NCBI GenBank assembly: GCA_003345555.1
Contig: PRDJ01000018.1
Location: forward strand, 4,429 to 36,428
Direction of reading: 5' to 3'
Origin: Candidatus Thorarchaeota archaeon
Lineage (GTDB): Archaea > Asgardarchaeota > Thorarchaeia > Thorarchaeales > Thorarchaeaceae
Length of the DNA: 32,000 nt
The notes under the pieces are model-generated. The model saw only the letters and a program-made list of their open reading frames with translations, had not been told where the DNA came from and ran no database searches. Position 1 is the first letter of the stretch, and each line of letters opens with the position of its first letter. Below are positions 17,352 through 26,346 of this stretch, one piece after another. The position numbers and the translations under genes were made by a program.

Positions 17352-18178
17352 GAATGGACATGTCTCAGCTTGTTGGGAATCCGCAATCCGTTCGCGTGAG
17401 CAAGATCATCAGCGATAATGAACGAGTCCGAACACTAGTCTTTCCTATGCGACTGACAGACAAGGAAATCCAACCAGGTCAATTCCTTATGGTCTGGGTT
17501 CCCGGAGTGGATGATATCCCAATGAGCGTCTCCATGTGGAATCCTCCCAACGTTGGAATCACAGTCCTTCCGGTAGGAGAAGCAACCCAGTCGCTCACTG
17601 CAACGGCAGAGCGTCAATGGCTAGGAATCAGAGGTCCGTTTGGGAATCACTTTGATCCTCAGTCAGGAAGGGTGCTTGTTGTTGGCGGTGGAATTGGAAT
17701 TGCACCGCTTAGGTTTCTTGTTTATCGACTTCGTGAAGTGGGTGCAGATATCACTTTCCTGATGGCTGCACGAACCGCGAAAAATCTAGTCTTTGTCAAC
17801 GAATTCAGCAAGCAAGCTGGCAAGAAGATACGCGTGAAGATTGCGACAGATGATGGATCTGCAGGCTTCAAAGGACTCGCAACCGATGCCGCAGAGGATC
17901 TTCTCAGAGGTGCCGATTTTGACATCATGTATACGTGTGGACCTGAGAGGATGATGGCTGGACTCTACAGGATAGCCAGTCAACGGAGGATACAATTCCA
18001 AGCTTCTCTTGAGCGATTCATGAAGTGCGGGTGCGGGATTTGTGGATCATGCGCATTAGACCCAACTGGCGAGCTGGTGTGTCTGGATGGCCCCGTGTTC
18101 ACTGGAGAAAGACTTGCCCAACTCAACGAGTTCGGTAAGTACTGCAGAGATTCCACGGGAGCAAGAAAGGCTCTATAG
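17348..18178 (+). CDS. pyrK: Dihydroorotate dehydrogenase electron-transfer subunit
   Basis: PGQFLMVW, RGPFG, GGGIGIAP, and the [2Fe-2S] motif CGCGICGSC...CLDGPVF. Confidence 0.92.
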   Translation: MRMDMSQLVGNPQSVRVSKIISDNERVRTLVFPMRLTDKEIQPGQFLMVWVPGVDDIPMSVSMWNPPNVGITVLPVGEATQSLTATAERQWLGIRGPFGNHFDPQSGRVLVVGGGIGIAPLRFLVYRLREVGADITFLMAARTAKNLVFVNEFSKQAGKKIRVKIATDDGSAGFKGLATDAAEDLLRGADFDIMYTCGPERMMAGLYRIASQRRIQFQASLERFMKCGCGICGSCALDPTGELVCLDGPVFTGERLAQLNEFGKYCRDSTGARKAL

Positions 18179-18194
18179 CCAATATGCTACTCAA

Positions 18195-18389
18195 TCATGC
18201 CATGCCGCGTCTTCTGGGCGGGTAACTCTGTGCTGTAACACCCACAGTTCGACCGCGAACGAATCGCTTGACGTAGTTGTTCTTATTTCTCACTCGCGGG
18301 ATGGGGGTATGCCGCTCTCGAGCCTGGACCTTTGGAGTCGCCTCTCGGACTTTTCCTGCCTTTGTTAGTGAACCATGTGAACCAGGCAT
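18195..18389 (-). CDS. rps30e: 30S ribosomal protein eS30
   Basis: HGSLTKAGKVREATPKV signature. TTTTTAT TATA-like element at 18437-18443. Confidence 0.95.
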   Translation of the reverse strand: MPGSHGSLTKAGKVREATPKVQARERHTPIPRVRNKNNYVKRFVRGRTVGVTAQSYPPRRRGMA

Positions 18390-18539
18390 TTGCAGCTTCC
18401 TCTATTCAAGTTTGCATCATAATCTTCGGGCTGCTCATAAAAAGCTATCCAATGAGCACGACCTATTTCGCTTCGCCCAAGGTCATGGAAAGAGCGTATC
18501 GCTTAGTATTAATGTCTACACGGGGCTAGACGTGGGACA

Positions 18540-20144
18540 ATGTCTGCCACAGATGAAGACCTCGGTCTCCGAAGAGAGATCATAGAAATACTGCTTAGCT
18601 CAGAAGGCTCTCTCGACAAACAGGCTGTCAATCGCATCAAGAACTCTGTCTGTGCAAAGTACAAGCGAGCTGAGATTCCCTCGAATGCAGACATACTTGA
18701 GGCTGCTCTGCCCGAAGAACTTGAGGTACTTACACATCTGCTGCAAAAGCGTCCTGTGCGGACAGTGTCAGGCGTTGCCGTTGTTGCCGTGATGACCAGC
18801 CCCTGCCGCTGTCCTCATGGGAAATGCGCGTATTGTCCTGGAGGCCCAGAGAATGGTGTGCCCCAAAGCTACACCGGCTTTGAACCGGCCACAATGAGGG
18901 GCTTACAGAATGAATTTGACCCATACAGGCAAGCGGAGAGCAGACTGAACCAACTGAGAGCGACCGGACATTCTGTCAATAAGACAGAGCTAATTGTCAT
19001 GGGTGGAGACTGGTGTTCAAAAGAGCAGAGCTATCGAGAGTGTTTCGTCAAGGGCTGCCTTGATGCGATGAACGGCGGGATTAGTAGTGACTTCGAAACC
19101 GCGAAGGCCCTCAACGAAGTCTCTCAAGTCAGAAACGTCGGCATGACGTTTGAGACACGACCAGACATGATAACTCCTCAAGCTGTGGATGACATGCTGA
19201 GGCTAGGTGCAACACGGGTTGAGATTGGCGTTCAGAGCCTTTCCGACTCAGTACTCAAACTGGTCGAACGTGGACATGATGTTGCGGCTACAGTTCGCGC
19301 CACAAAACTGCTCAGAGACTCTGGACTCAAGGTCTGTTACCATATCATGCCCGGCCTTCCCAATACCACGCCTGAAGATGACTTGGCCGGGTTTGAGCAG
19401 CTGTTCTCCGACTCCCGATTTCGTCCTGACATGCTGAAAATCTACCCTACACTGGTCATCAAAGGTACGAAGCTTCATGATTGGTGGGTGCGTGGCGACT
19501 ATATTCCCTACGAAACAGAATCGACAGTGGACTTGTTGGCCCGGGCCATCAGCAAGATGCCTGAGTATGTTCGGATTCAGCGTATGCAGAGAGACATACC
19601 CCTTCACAAGATTGAAGCGGGCCTGACCAAGGGCAACCTGCGGGAACTCGTACACGAGAGGATGGGGGCTCTGGGTCTCAGGGATCGTACGATAAGATAC
19701 AGGGAAATCGGTCATTACGAGATGAGGACGGGGCAGAAGGTCAGTATCAATCATCTACAATTCGTCTGCCGCGACTATGAAGCCTCAGATGGAACTGAAA
19801 CGTTTTTGTCATTCGAAGAGCCTGCCTCTGACGTAATTTGCAGCTTCCTTAGACTTCGCAAGCCAAGCAAAGATGCGCACCGACCTGAGCTTGCGGGAGG
19901 TCGAGCTGCGATTATCCGTGAGCTGCGGGTTTATGGCCCCGTTGTTGATATTGGAAAGAGGAAACCTGGGGCTTGGCAGCATTTAGGCCTGGGAGAGGAG
20001 CTTGTTTCTGCAGCCGAGAGAATAGCCAGAAAGGATTACCACGCAGAACAGCTTCTGGTCAACAGTGGACTTGGCGTCAAGCAATACTATAGAGACCTTG
20101 GTTTCAGAGACACAGGTCCATACTTGGTCAAGGCTCTGCGTTGA
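18540..20144 (+). CDS. elp3: Elp3 tRNA U34 acetyltransferase (radical SAM + GNAT)
   Basis: CPHGKCAYCPGG, PQSYTG, TFETRPD, RVEIGVQS, LKIYPTLV, RELRVYG, WQHLGLG. Confidence 0.97.
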   Translation: MSATDEDLGLRREIIEILLSSEGSLDKQAVNRIKNSVCAKYKRAEIPSNADILEAALPEELEVLTHLLQKRPVRTVSGVAVVAVMTSPCRCPHGKCAYCPGGPENGVPQSYTGFEPATMRGLQNEFDPYRQAESRLNQLRATGHSVNKTELIVMGGDWCSKEQSYRECFVKGCLDAMNGGISSDFETAKALNEVSQVRNVGMTFETRPDMITPQAVDDMLRLGATRVEIGVQSLSDSVLKLVERGHDVAATVRATKLLRDSGLKVCYHIMPGLPNTTPEDDLAGFEQLFSDSRFRPDMLKIYPTLVIKGTKLHDWWVRGDYIPYETESTVDLLARAISKMPEYVRIQRMQRDIPLHKIEAGLTKGNLRELVHERMGALGLRDRTIRYREIGHYEMRTGQKVSINHLQFVCRDYEASDGTETFLSFEEPASDVICSFLRLRKPSKDAHRPELAGGRAAIIRELRVYGPVVDIGKRKPGAWQHLGLGEELVSAAERIARKDYHAEQLLVNSGLGVKQYYRDLGFRDTGPYLVKALR

Positions 20145-20170
20145 GTCCGTGAACGTCCAAGGAGGAAGTA

Positions 20171-20288
20171 TGGCGCCGAGGAGGAGATTGATTCGGCCAT
20201 GACGGAGTGTCAGGACCTTTGAACTCCTGAGTGCAGAGCACACCGGTTTTCAAGACCGGCGCCTTAATCCGGGCTTGGCTACCTCGGC
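20171..20288 (-). tRNA. trnS: tRNA-Ser(UGA) with a 30-nt T-loop intron (20189-20218), CCA encoded
   Basis: GCCGAGG/CCUCGGC plus GCCA, CCGGU-CU-UGA-AA-ACCGG, long variable arm, AGGAG/CUCCU T stem. Removing 30 nt restores UUCAAAU and gives 88 nt. Confidence 0.92.
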
Positions 20289-20378
20289 CCACCTGCAGGT
20301 TTCTTCCTGTAGGACGCCCCCCGTTGGAAACTGCTTTTAAGCTTCTTGGACTGCCCGATAGGGAAGGAGCGATTCCGG

Positions 20379-20810
20379 TTGAAGCATGGCTTCAGATACC
20401 ATGGACATACATCTGATGTCACTATAGAATGCTGGGCTCCCACTCTCGAGAAGGCATTCGAGGAGGCCGCACTGGCAACCCTTGAGGTAATGGTCGACAC
20501 TTCTCATGTGAGAGCCCTCGAGTCAGTGGAGGTCAGCGTCAAAGGAGTCGATTTGAAAGAGCTTCTTCTATCTTGGATTGGGCGGCTCATCGCTCTTGTG
20601 GACATCAACCAGCAGTTCTATTCGAGATTCGAGGTGAAAGGAATCTCGGAAGCCTCTGATGGATTCTTGCTCAATGGCAATGCGTGGGGAGAGACAATAG
20701 ATTTCACAAGGCACAAGCCACGAACCGGGGTCAAAGCCATGACCTACGCTGACATGAGAATCGAGCAGTCAAGGGTAAAGACGGCGCTCTGGTTCACACT
20801 CGATTTGTAG
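20379..20810 (+). CDS. Archease (RtcB tRNA-ligase cofactor)
   Basis: FRYHGHTSDV, AFEEAALA, VKAMTY. TTG at 20379 follows a GGAAGGAG SD-like sequence (track start 20346). Confidence 0.9.
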   Translation: MKHGFRYHGHTSDVTIECWAPTLEKAFEEAALATLEVMVDTSHVRALESVEVSVKGVDLKELLLSWIGRLIALVDINQQFYSRFEVKGISEASDGFLLNGNAWGETIDFTRHKPRTGVKAMTYADMRIEQSRVKTALWFTLDL

Positions 20811-20830
20811 GATAGGAGGTTCTGAGACTG

Positions 20831-21685
20831 GTGCTTGTTGTAGCGATTCCGGACACATCACTCGCAGATTGCTCAGACTTGCGTGAAAAGACATTGAAAG
20901 CAGGCATCTTCGCACGCGCTCTTGCGGTCTTCAGAGTTGATAGAGTGATTATCTTCAGTTCTCCACAAGTCCGTGATAGTCAAAAACGGGATGCCGACCT
21001 CCTTCCTAGATTGCTAAAGTACATGGATACGCCCCAATATCTACGCAGGAAGCTGTTCCCGCAGACTCCTTGGCTGAGGTATGCTGGGCTTTTGCCTCCT
21101 CTTAGAACGCGCAGTCACCCGCTTAATGCAAAAATCTCTGGTCTTGTCAAGGGTGAGTTGAGATGGGGTGTCCCTGTGGGTGCTGGCAAGGTGGACATAG
21201 GTATTGAGAGGCCTCTCGAGTATCCTGCTCCTTTGGATGAAGGCAAGCCGGCTCTCTTTCGAATCGCAGAGTTGCAGCCCCATGTCCGGCTTGAGGTTGT
21301 TCAACGAAGTGATGCAGACCTGTACTGGGGTTTTGAGGTACAATCCATCGAGGATCTTGTCCAGTATCTGAAAGACTCCGCACATGCGACACGCATTGCC
21401 TTTTCACGGATGGGTGAGCCCTTTGAGACTCTTCAGGCGGAAATCCAGTCCAGTGTCAACAAGACCCGGAATGTTATTGCACTATTTGGCGGGCCCTATC
21501 AAGGATTGCGCGAGATTTTCGGTGATAGGCTCAAGTCGCTTGAGACGAATACCGAGTTCTGGGTCAACACCATTCCCGGCCAAGGCACTGAAACAGTCCG
21601 CTTAGAAGAGGCATTGTTTGCTAGCTTGGCCTTGATCAATAGCTGCGTAGGTTCTCTGATATCAAGACCGGGTTTTCATGTCTGA
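20831..21685 (+). CDS. SPOUT-family putative RNA methyltransferase (conserved upstream of rpl3)
   Basis: IFARALAVFRVD, YMDTPQYLRR, FGGP, NTIPGQGTETVRLEEAL. Confidence 0.88.
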   Translation: MLVVAIPDTSLADCSDLREKTLKAGIFARALAVFRVDRVIIFSSPQVRDSQKRDADLLPRLLKYMDTPQYLRRKLFPQTPWLRYAGLLPPLRTRSHPLNAKISGLVKGELRWGVPVGAGKVDIGIERPLEYPAPLDEGKPALFRIAELQPHVRLEVVQRSDADLYWGFEVQSIEDLVQYLKDSAHATRIAFSRMGEPFETLQAEIQSSVNKTRNVIALFGGPYQGLREIFGDRLKSLETNTEFWVNTIPGQGTETVRLEEALFASLALINSCVGSLISRPGFHV

Positions 21686-21827
21686 GTCATCGATAGGAGC
21701 ATGAAGTGGCGTGCGACCTTCAGCCGTCACAAGGGAAGGTTAAAAAGCGAACCTCAGGAAGGCGCCCGCCTGTAGTACGAATAGCCCAGTCAAAAGGCCG
21801 TTCGGCAAGGGACAAGTGGTGTTCTAG

Positions 21828-22835
21828 ATGGCTCACAGAAAGAAGCATCAGCCTAAGCGTGGCAGCCTTGCATACTTGCCACGAGGTCGGGCTTCCAAAT
21901 TCGTCCCTAGGATTCTGAACTGGCCTGAGTGGAAGAGCTCGGCTGCAAAACTACTTGGTTTCGCTGGTTACAAGGCTGGCATGACTCATGCAGTGGTCAC
22001 AATTGACAACGTGAACAGTCCACTGAAAGGACAAGAAACAGTGGTGCCGATCACAGTCATTGATACGCCACCTGTGCGCCCATTCTCAATAAGAGGCTAT
22101 GAAGCCTTGCCAACCGGTCTCAGACTAGTCACAGAGGTGCTCGCAGGGAACCTCTCCGAGGACCTTCGGAAAGTGATGCCTGTTCCCAAGGAGTATGACC
22201 AAGCTGCAAAGATGAAGGAGTTCGAGTCAAAGATTGACTCCCTCGCCGAGATCCGGATGTTAATCCACACTCAGCCAAGGCTTGCAGGAGTACCTAAGAA
22301 GAAGCCCGATGTGATGGAATACAAGGTGGGTGCCCCAAGTGTCAGTGAGGCGTTCAAGTATGCCCAGACTATCTTGGGAGCCGACTTGCGTATCGCAGAT
22401 ATCATAACCGAAGGTGCGATGGTGGATACAATCGCCGTAACAAAAGGGCACGGAAATCAGGGCCCGGTACGTCGATGGGGCGTTGGAATACTTCAGCACA
22501 AATCAAGGAAGACGAAGCGTGGAGTAGGAACTCTTGGTCCTTGGAACCCTAGCAGCATCCGATACACAGTTCCCCGAGCTGGGCAGACAGGCTTTCATTC
22601 GCGTACCAGCTTCAATAATCCTGTAATCAAAGTTGGTGAGCGTGGTGAGGAAATCACGCCCTCAGGCGGATTCGTGAACTATGGGGTCATTCGCGGCGAT
22701 TATGTCATGCTAATGGGACATGTGCCTGGGACAATCAAGAGACCCATTCGACTGAGGTTCGCTATCCGTCCTCGAAGGAACTACACTGGAGCACCGATAC
22801 GGCCCAGCTACATCAGCACATCATCAAAGCAGTAG
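21828..22835 (+). CDS. rpl3: 50S ribosomal protein uL3
   Basis: PKRGSLAYLPR, GFAGYKAGMTH, VTKGHGNQGPVRRWG, VPRAGQTGFHSRT. Confidence 0.98.
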   Translation: MAHRKKHQPKRGSLAYLPRGRASKFVPRILNWPEWKSSAAKLLGFAGYKAGMTHAVVTIDNVNSPLKGQETVVPITVIDTPPVRPFSIRGYEALPTGLRLVTEVLAGNLSEDLRKVMPVPKEYDQAAKMKEFESKIDSLAEIRMLIHTQPRLAGVPKKKPDVMEYKVGAPSVSEAFKYAQTILGADLRIADIITEGAMVDTIAVTKGHGNQGPVRRWGVGILQHKSRKTKRGVGTLGPWNPSSIRYTVPRAGQTGFHSRTSFNNPVIKVGERGEEITPSGGFVNYGVIRGDYVMLMGHVPGTIKRPIRLRFAIRPRRNYTGAPIRPSYISTSSKQ

Positions 22836-22851
22836 ACGGAGGGCGTTAACT

Positions 22852-23640
22852 GTGACAAGTGTCAAGACTTATTCATTGAAGGGAAAGGCAGGAGCTCCGA
22901 TCGAATTGCCAGCGCAATTCGCAACTCCATATCGCCCTGATATAATCAAGAGGGCCGTACTAGCCTTACAGTCGCTCAGATACCAACCGCACGGGGTGGA
23001 TGAGTTGGCTGGCAAGCGGACGAGCGCTCAGAGCTGGCAGACTGGCCGCGGTAAGGCCAGAATCCCCAGAGTGAAGGGTGCTGGTAGCCGTGCATCAAGC
23101 CAAGGTGCGTTTGCTCCCGGAACTGTGGGTGGTCGCCAAGCTCACCCGCCTGAGACCCGAAAGGTTACTGTAGAGAGAATCAACATCAGGGAGCGCAGGC
23201 TTGCGATTCGTTCAGCAATTGCAGCAACTGCCGACAGTTCGCTGGTGAAGGCTCGCGGACATAGGATTGAATCTGTACCACAGCTTCCTCTTGTTGTCAG
23301 TGACGAACTAGAGTCACTCAATACGACCAAAGACGTGGAGACGGCGGTGTCTGCCCTCGGTCTTGCAGATGATCTGAAGCGTGCGTCGGATGGTCGTTCT
23401 GTGAGAGCTGGCAAGGGAAAGATGCGAGGTCGTAAGATGAAGACACCAAAGTCTTTCCTTATTGTCGTCAGTTCTGACAAGGGTATACGAAAGGCTGCAC
23501 GTAACCTCCCTGGCGTAGATACAATCGAGGTTCATGGCTTGAATGCAGAACAACTGGCTCCCGGGACTCATGCTGGCCGTCTTGTAGTTTGGACCCAAGC
23601 GGCAATCTCCGAGTTGGAGAAAGGGAACCTGTTCATGTGA
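22852..23640 (+). CDS. rpl4: 50S ribosomal protein uL4
   Basis: TSAQSWQTGRG.ARIPR, GTVGGRQAHPP, RAGKGKMRGR, LAPGTHAGRL. Confidence 0.98.
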   Translation: MTSVKTYSLKGKAGAPIELPAQFATPYRPDIIKRAVLALQSLRYQPHGVDELAGKRTSAQSWQTGRGKARIPRVKGAGSRASSQGAFAPGTVGGRQAHPPETRKVTVERINIRERRLAIRSAIAATADSSLVKARGHRIESVPQLPLVVSDELESLNTTKDVETAVSALGLADDLKRASDGRSVRAGKGKMRGRKMKTPKSFLIVVSSDKGIRKAARNLPGVDTIEVHGLNAEQLAPGTHAGRLVVWTQAAISELEKGNLFM

Positions 23641-23652
23641 GGTGGCCGAACG

Positions 23653-23916
23653 ATGATAGATCCAAATGAAATCATTATCCGACCTGTCGTGACAGAAGCC
23701 AGCCTGGGCGCGGTGGACAGTCAGAACAAGCTGGTGTTCTATGTCGCTCGTTCCGCCAACAAGAATACGATCAAGTGGGCTGTGGAAACTCTTTACGATG
23801 TTGTCGTGGAGAAGGTGAACACGCTCATAATGCCCGACGGAAGGAAGAAGGCGATTCTACGTCTTTCGCCTGAGTACAGCGCCGCCGATGTTGCAACAAA
23901 GCTCGGGATATTCTAA
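23653..23916 (+). CDS. rpl23: 50S ribosomal protein uL23
   Basis: IIRPVVTE, NKLVFYV, KVNTLI...KKA. Confidence 0.97.
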   Translation: MIDPNEIIIRPVVTEASLGAVDSQNKLVFYVARSANKNTIKWAVETLYDVVVEKVNTLIMPDGRKKAILRLSPEYSAADVATKLGIF

Positions 23917-23928
23917 GGAGGTGCCTGA

Positions 23929-24648
23929 ATGGGAAAACGCATTCTAGTTCAGCGAAAAGGCAGAGGCGCACAACAGTTCACCTCACCTAGCCAGAAGAAG
24001 ATATCTCCTGCGAGACACCCGAAGTGGGCCCCGGGCAAGACGTACATCGGTGTCATAACTGACCTTCATCATGAAGCAGGTAGAGGCGCGCCTCTCGCAA
24101 AGGTGCGATTCAATGGCGAGTCTCAGCCTCTCTTCATGGTTGCTCCTGAAGGAGCGTACGTAGGCCAAGAGGTCGAGTGCGGCGATGACGCAGCTCTTGC
24201 AAATGGCAATACGTTGATGCTTGAACACATACCGGAAGGGATGCCCATCTACAACATCGAGGCAAGCCCCGGCGACGGAGGGAAGTTCGTAAGAGCATCC
24301 GGGCTTACAGCGAGCATAATCTCTTCCGACAAGACGCGGACCATAGTTAAGCTGCCGAGCGGGGCACAGAAGACTTTCAGTCCTCGCTGCAGAGCTACGA
24401 TAGGGATAGTAGGAGGAGGTGGGCGACTCGAGAAACCGCTCCTCAAGGCAGGTGCCGCATTTCATCTCGCTAGCGGAAAGGCACGCAAGTGGCCGACTGT
24501 CAGAGGAGATGCAATGAACCCAGTCGCTCATCCTCACGGCGGTGGTTCACACCAGTCACCAAGTCATCCTACGACCGTAAGCAGAAACGCACCGCCCGGT
24601 GCAAAGGTCGGTCATATCGCTGCACGTAGGACCGGTCGCAAGAGATAG
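23929..24648 (+). CDS. rpl2: 50S ribosomal protein uL2
   Basis: MGKRILVQRKG, GRGAPLA, GGKFVRASG, HPHGGG, KVGHIAARRTG. Confidence 0.98.
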   Translation: MGKRILVQRKGRGAQQFTSPSQKKISPARHPKWAPGKTYIGVITDLHHEAGRGAPLAKVRFNGESQPLFMVAPEGAYVGQEVECGDDAALANGNTLMLEHIPEGMPIYNIEASPGDGGKFVRASGLTASIISSDKTRTIVKLPSGAQKTFSPRCRATIGIVGGGGRLEKPLLKAGAAFHLASGKARKWPTVRGDAMNPVAHPHGGGSHQSPSHPTTVSRNAPPGAKVGHIAARRTGRKR

Positions 24649-24662
24649 AGACTGACTGCAAC

Positions 24663-24700
24663 GATGAAGAGAACTAGTTCTCTTCATCTGCTTCTTTTAC
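24663..24700 (+). terminator. 26-bp perfect palindrome plus pyrimidine run after rpl2
   Basis: GATGAAGAGAACTAGTTCTCTTCATC (24663-24688) is self-complementary and is followed by TGCTTCTTTT. Confidence 0.55.
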
Positions 24701-24777
24701 GCAATATCTACAAAATCGGAGACCAGTATTACACGAGTACATATCTTTCTAGTAGGTTGCGTCTTCGAGGACTAGGA

Positions 24778-24963
24778 ATGCGTCTCATTGCAGTGCATTT
24801 GCCAGAGAAACTGGTGGATGACATACAACGTCTGGTTGACAATGGTCTCTACCCGAACCGGTCGGAAACGATTCGAATAGCCATCAGAGACCTGCTCAAA
24901 AGAGAACTCTGGGTGCATGGCAATGAACTGCGCGAGCAGCCGGGCGAGGCTTCCGTACAATGA
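24778..24963 (+). CDS. cdrS: Ribbon-helix-helix (CopG-like) regulator, CdrS-like
   Basis: MRLIAVHLPEKLVDDIQRLVDNGLYPNRSETIRIAIRDLL is an RHH fold. Its stop overlaps the ftsZ start by 4 nt. ATG at 24778. Confidence 0.8.
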   Translation: MRLIAVHLPEKLVDDIQRLVDNGLYPNRSETIRIAIRDLLKRELWVHGNELREQPGEASVQ

Positions 24964-26231
24964 AGTCACTGGTCGACGATGCAAGGGAACACATCCGTGG
25001 GGAACTGAGCATGTCCACAGGCCGTGATATGGGCCAAGCTAGGATTGTTGTTGTGGGCTGTGGCGGAGCAGGCAACAACACCGTCAAACGGCTCATGACC
25101 ATTGGGGTGCAAGGCGCTGAGTGCATTGCCATAAACACCGACCGACAACACTTGGCTGTCACGACCGCTCATCGCAAGCTGCTGATCGGCGAAAGAATCA
25201 CACGAGGACTTGGCGCTGGCGGTAATCCACATGTGGGTCAAGCTGCGGCTGAGGACTCTATCCAGCAGATTACGGATCTGCTTCGGGACGCAGATTTGGT
25301 TTTCATCACAGCAGGCATGGGCGGGGGCACGGGTACCGGGAGCGCACCCGTTGTCGCTGAGATTGCTAAGAAAAACGATGCCATAGTTGTAGGCGTCGTG
25401 ACAATGCCCTTTGAACTGGAACGAACACGTATTGACAAGGCAAAGGTTGGGCTAGCCCGCCTGCAGGAAAATGCTGACACAGTTGTCGTGATCGACAATC
25501 AGAAACTTATGGAACTCGTACCCGACTTGCCTCTTGAGGAGGCCTTTGGGGTTGCAGATGAGGTACTTGCAGGCATGGTGAAAGGCATCACAGAGACCAT
25601 AACCATGCCCAGCCTAATCAACTTGGACTATGCAGACGTGCGGTCAATAATCTGCAATGGCGGAGTTGCTCTTGTTGGCTTAGGTGAAGCGACTGGTCAG
25701 AATCGCGCCGAGACCGCCATTCAGAATGCACTGAACAGCCCGTTGCTGGAAGTCGACTGGAATGGAGCCACGGGTGCGCTGATTCACATCACAGGGGGCC
25801 CGGATATGTCTCTGGCTGAGGCGAACAATGCTGGAGAGATGATCTCTCGAAAGATGAGTGGAGACGCCAATGTGATTTGGGGCGCTCGTGTTGACCCTCG
25901 GCTGACAGGAATGCTGCGCGTGATGCTGATACTCACTGGTGTCAAGAGTCCGCAGTTGCTTCCTCGTTCTAAAGAGGAAAAGCCGGTTGTCCCCGGCCGA
26001 AGAAAGCTTGTAGACCTAGGCGTACTTCCATCTCAAGCTGGTTCAATAGACCCGCGAAAAATCAAGGACGAGTTCAGGGCGCTCGGAAAGATTCCTGCAT
26101 ACCCGCGCCAAGGTTCATGGGAAGATCGTCTCAAACCAATTGACAGACTGCAGCACGACCACAGGTCGGAACGAGACTCCGCCGAGACAAAGAAGAATCT
26201 AGATGAACTCGGCCTGCGAAGACTCCTGTGA
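24960..26231 (+). CDS. ftsZ: Cell division GTPase FtsZ with long C-terminal tail
   Basis: GCGGAGNN, GLGAGG, tubulin signature TAGMGGGTGTG, T7 loop NLDYADV. Confidence 0.97.
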   Translation: MKSLVDDAREHIRGELSMSTGRDMGQARIVVVGCGGAGNNTVKRLMTIGVQGAECIAINTDRQHLAVTTAHRKLLIGERITRGLGAGGNPHVGQAAAEDSIQQITDLLRDADLVFITAGMGGGTGTGSAPVVAEIAKKNDAIVVGVVTMPFELERTRIDKAKVGLARLQENADTVVVIDNQKLMELVPDLPLEEAFGVADEVLAGMVKGITETITMPSLINLDYADVRSIICNGGVALVGLGEATGQNRAETAIQNALNSPLLEVDWNGATGALIHITGGPDMSLAEANNAGEMISRKMSGDANVIWGARVDPRLTGMLRVMLILTGVKSPQLLPRSKEEKPVVPGRRKLVDLGVLPSQAGSIDPRKIKDEFRALGKIPAYPRQGSWEDRLKPIDRLQHDHRSERDSAETKKNLDELGLRRLL

Positions 26232-26346
26232 ACGGTGTCCATTAGCGCAATACATAGTTCTTTTCAGGTGTCAGAAGCCACATCGTTTCACATTGTCGCG
26301 CCTATGCCCCACTAGAGCTACGAGAATGTCAGTCTCGGACTTACTG

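Noticed and set aside
20171-20288. tRNA with UGA in the anticodon as a possible tRNA-Sec
   Set aside because: Anticodon UGA reads UCA (Ser); tRNA-Sec needs anticodon UCA and an extended acceptor stem. This one has a normal 7-bp Ser acceptor.
21747-21827. Ribosomal-protein autoregulatory leader upstream of rpl3
   Set aside because: Only 3-4 bp stems are visible; cannot be supported without covariation data.
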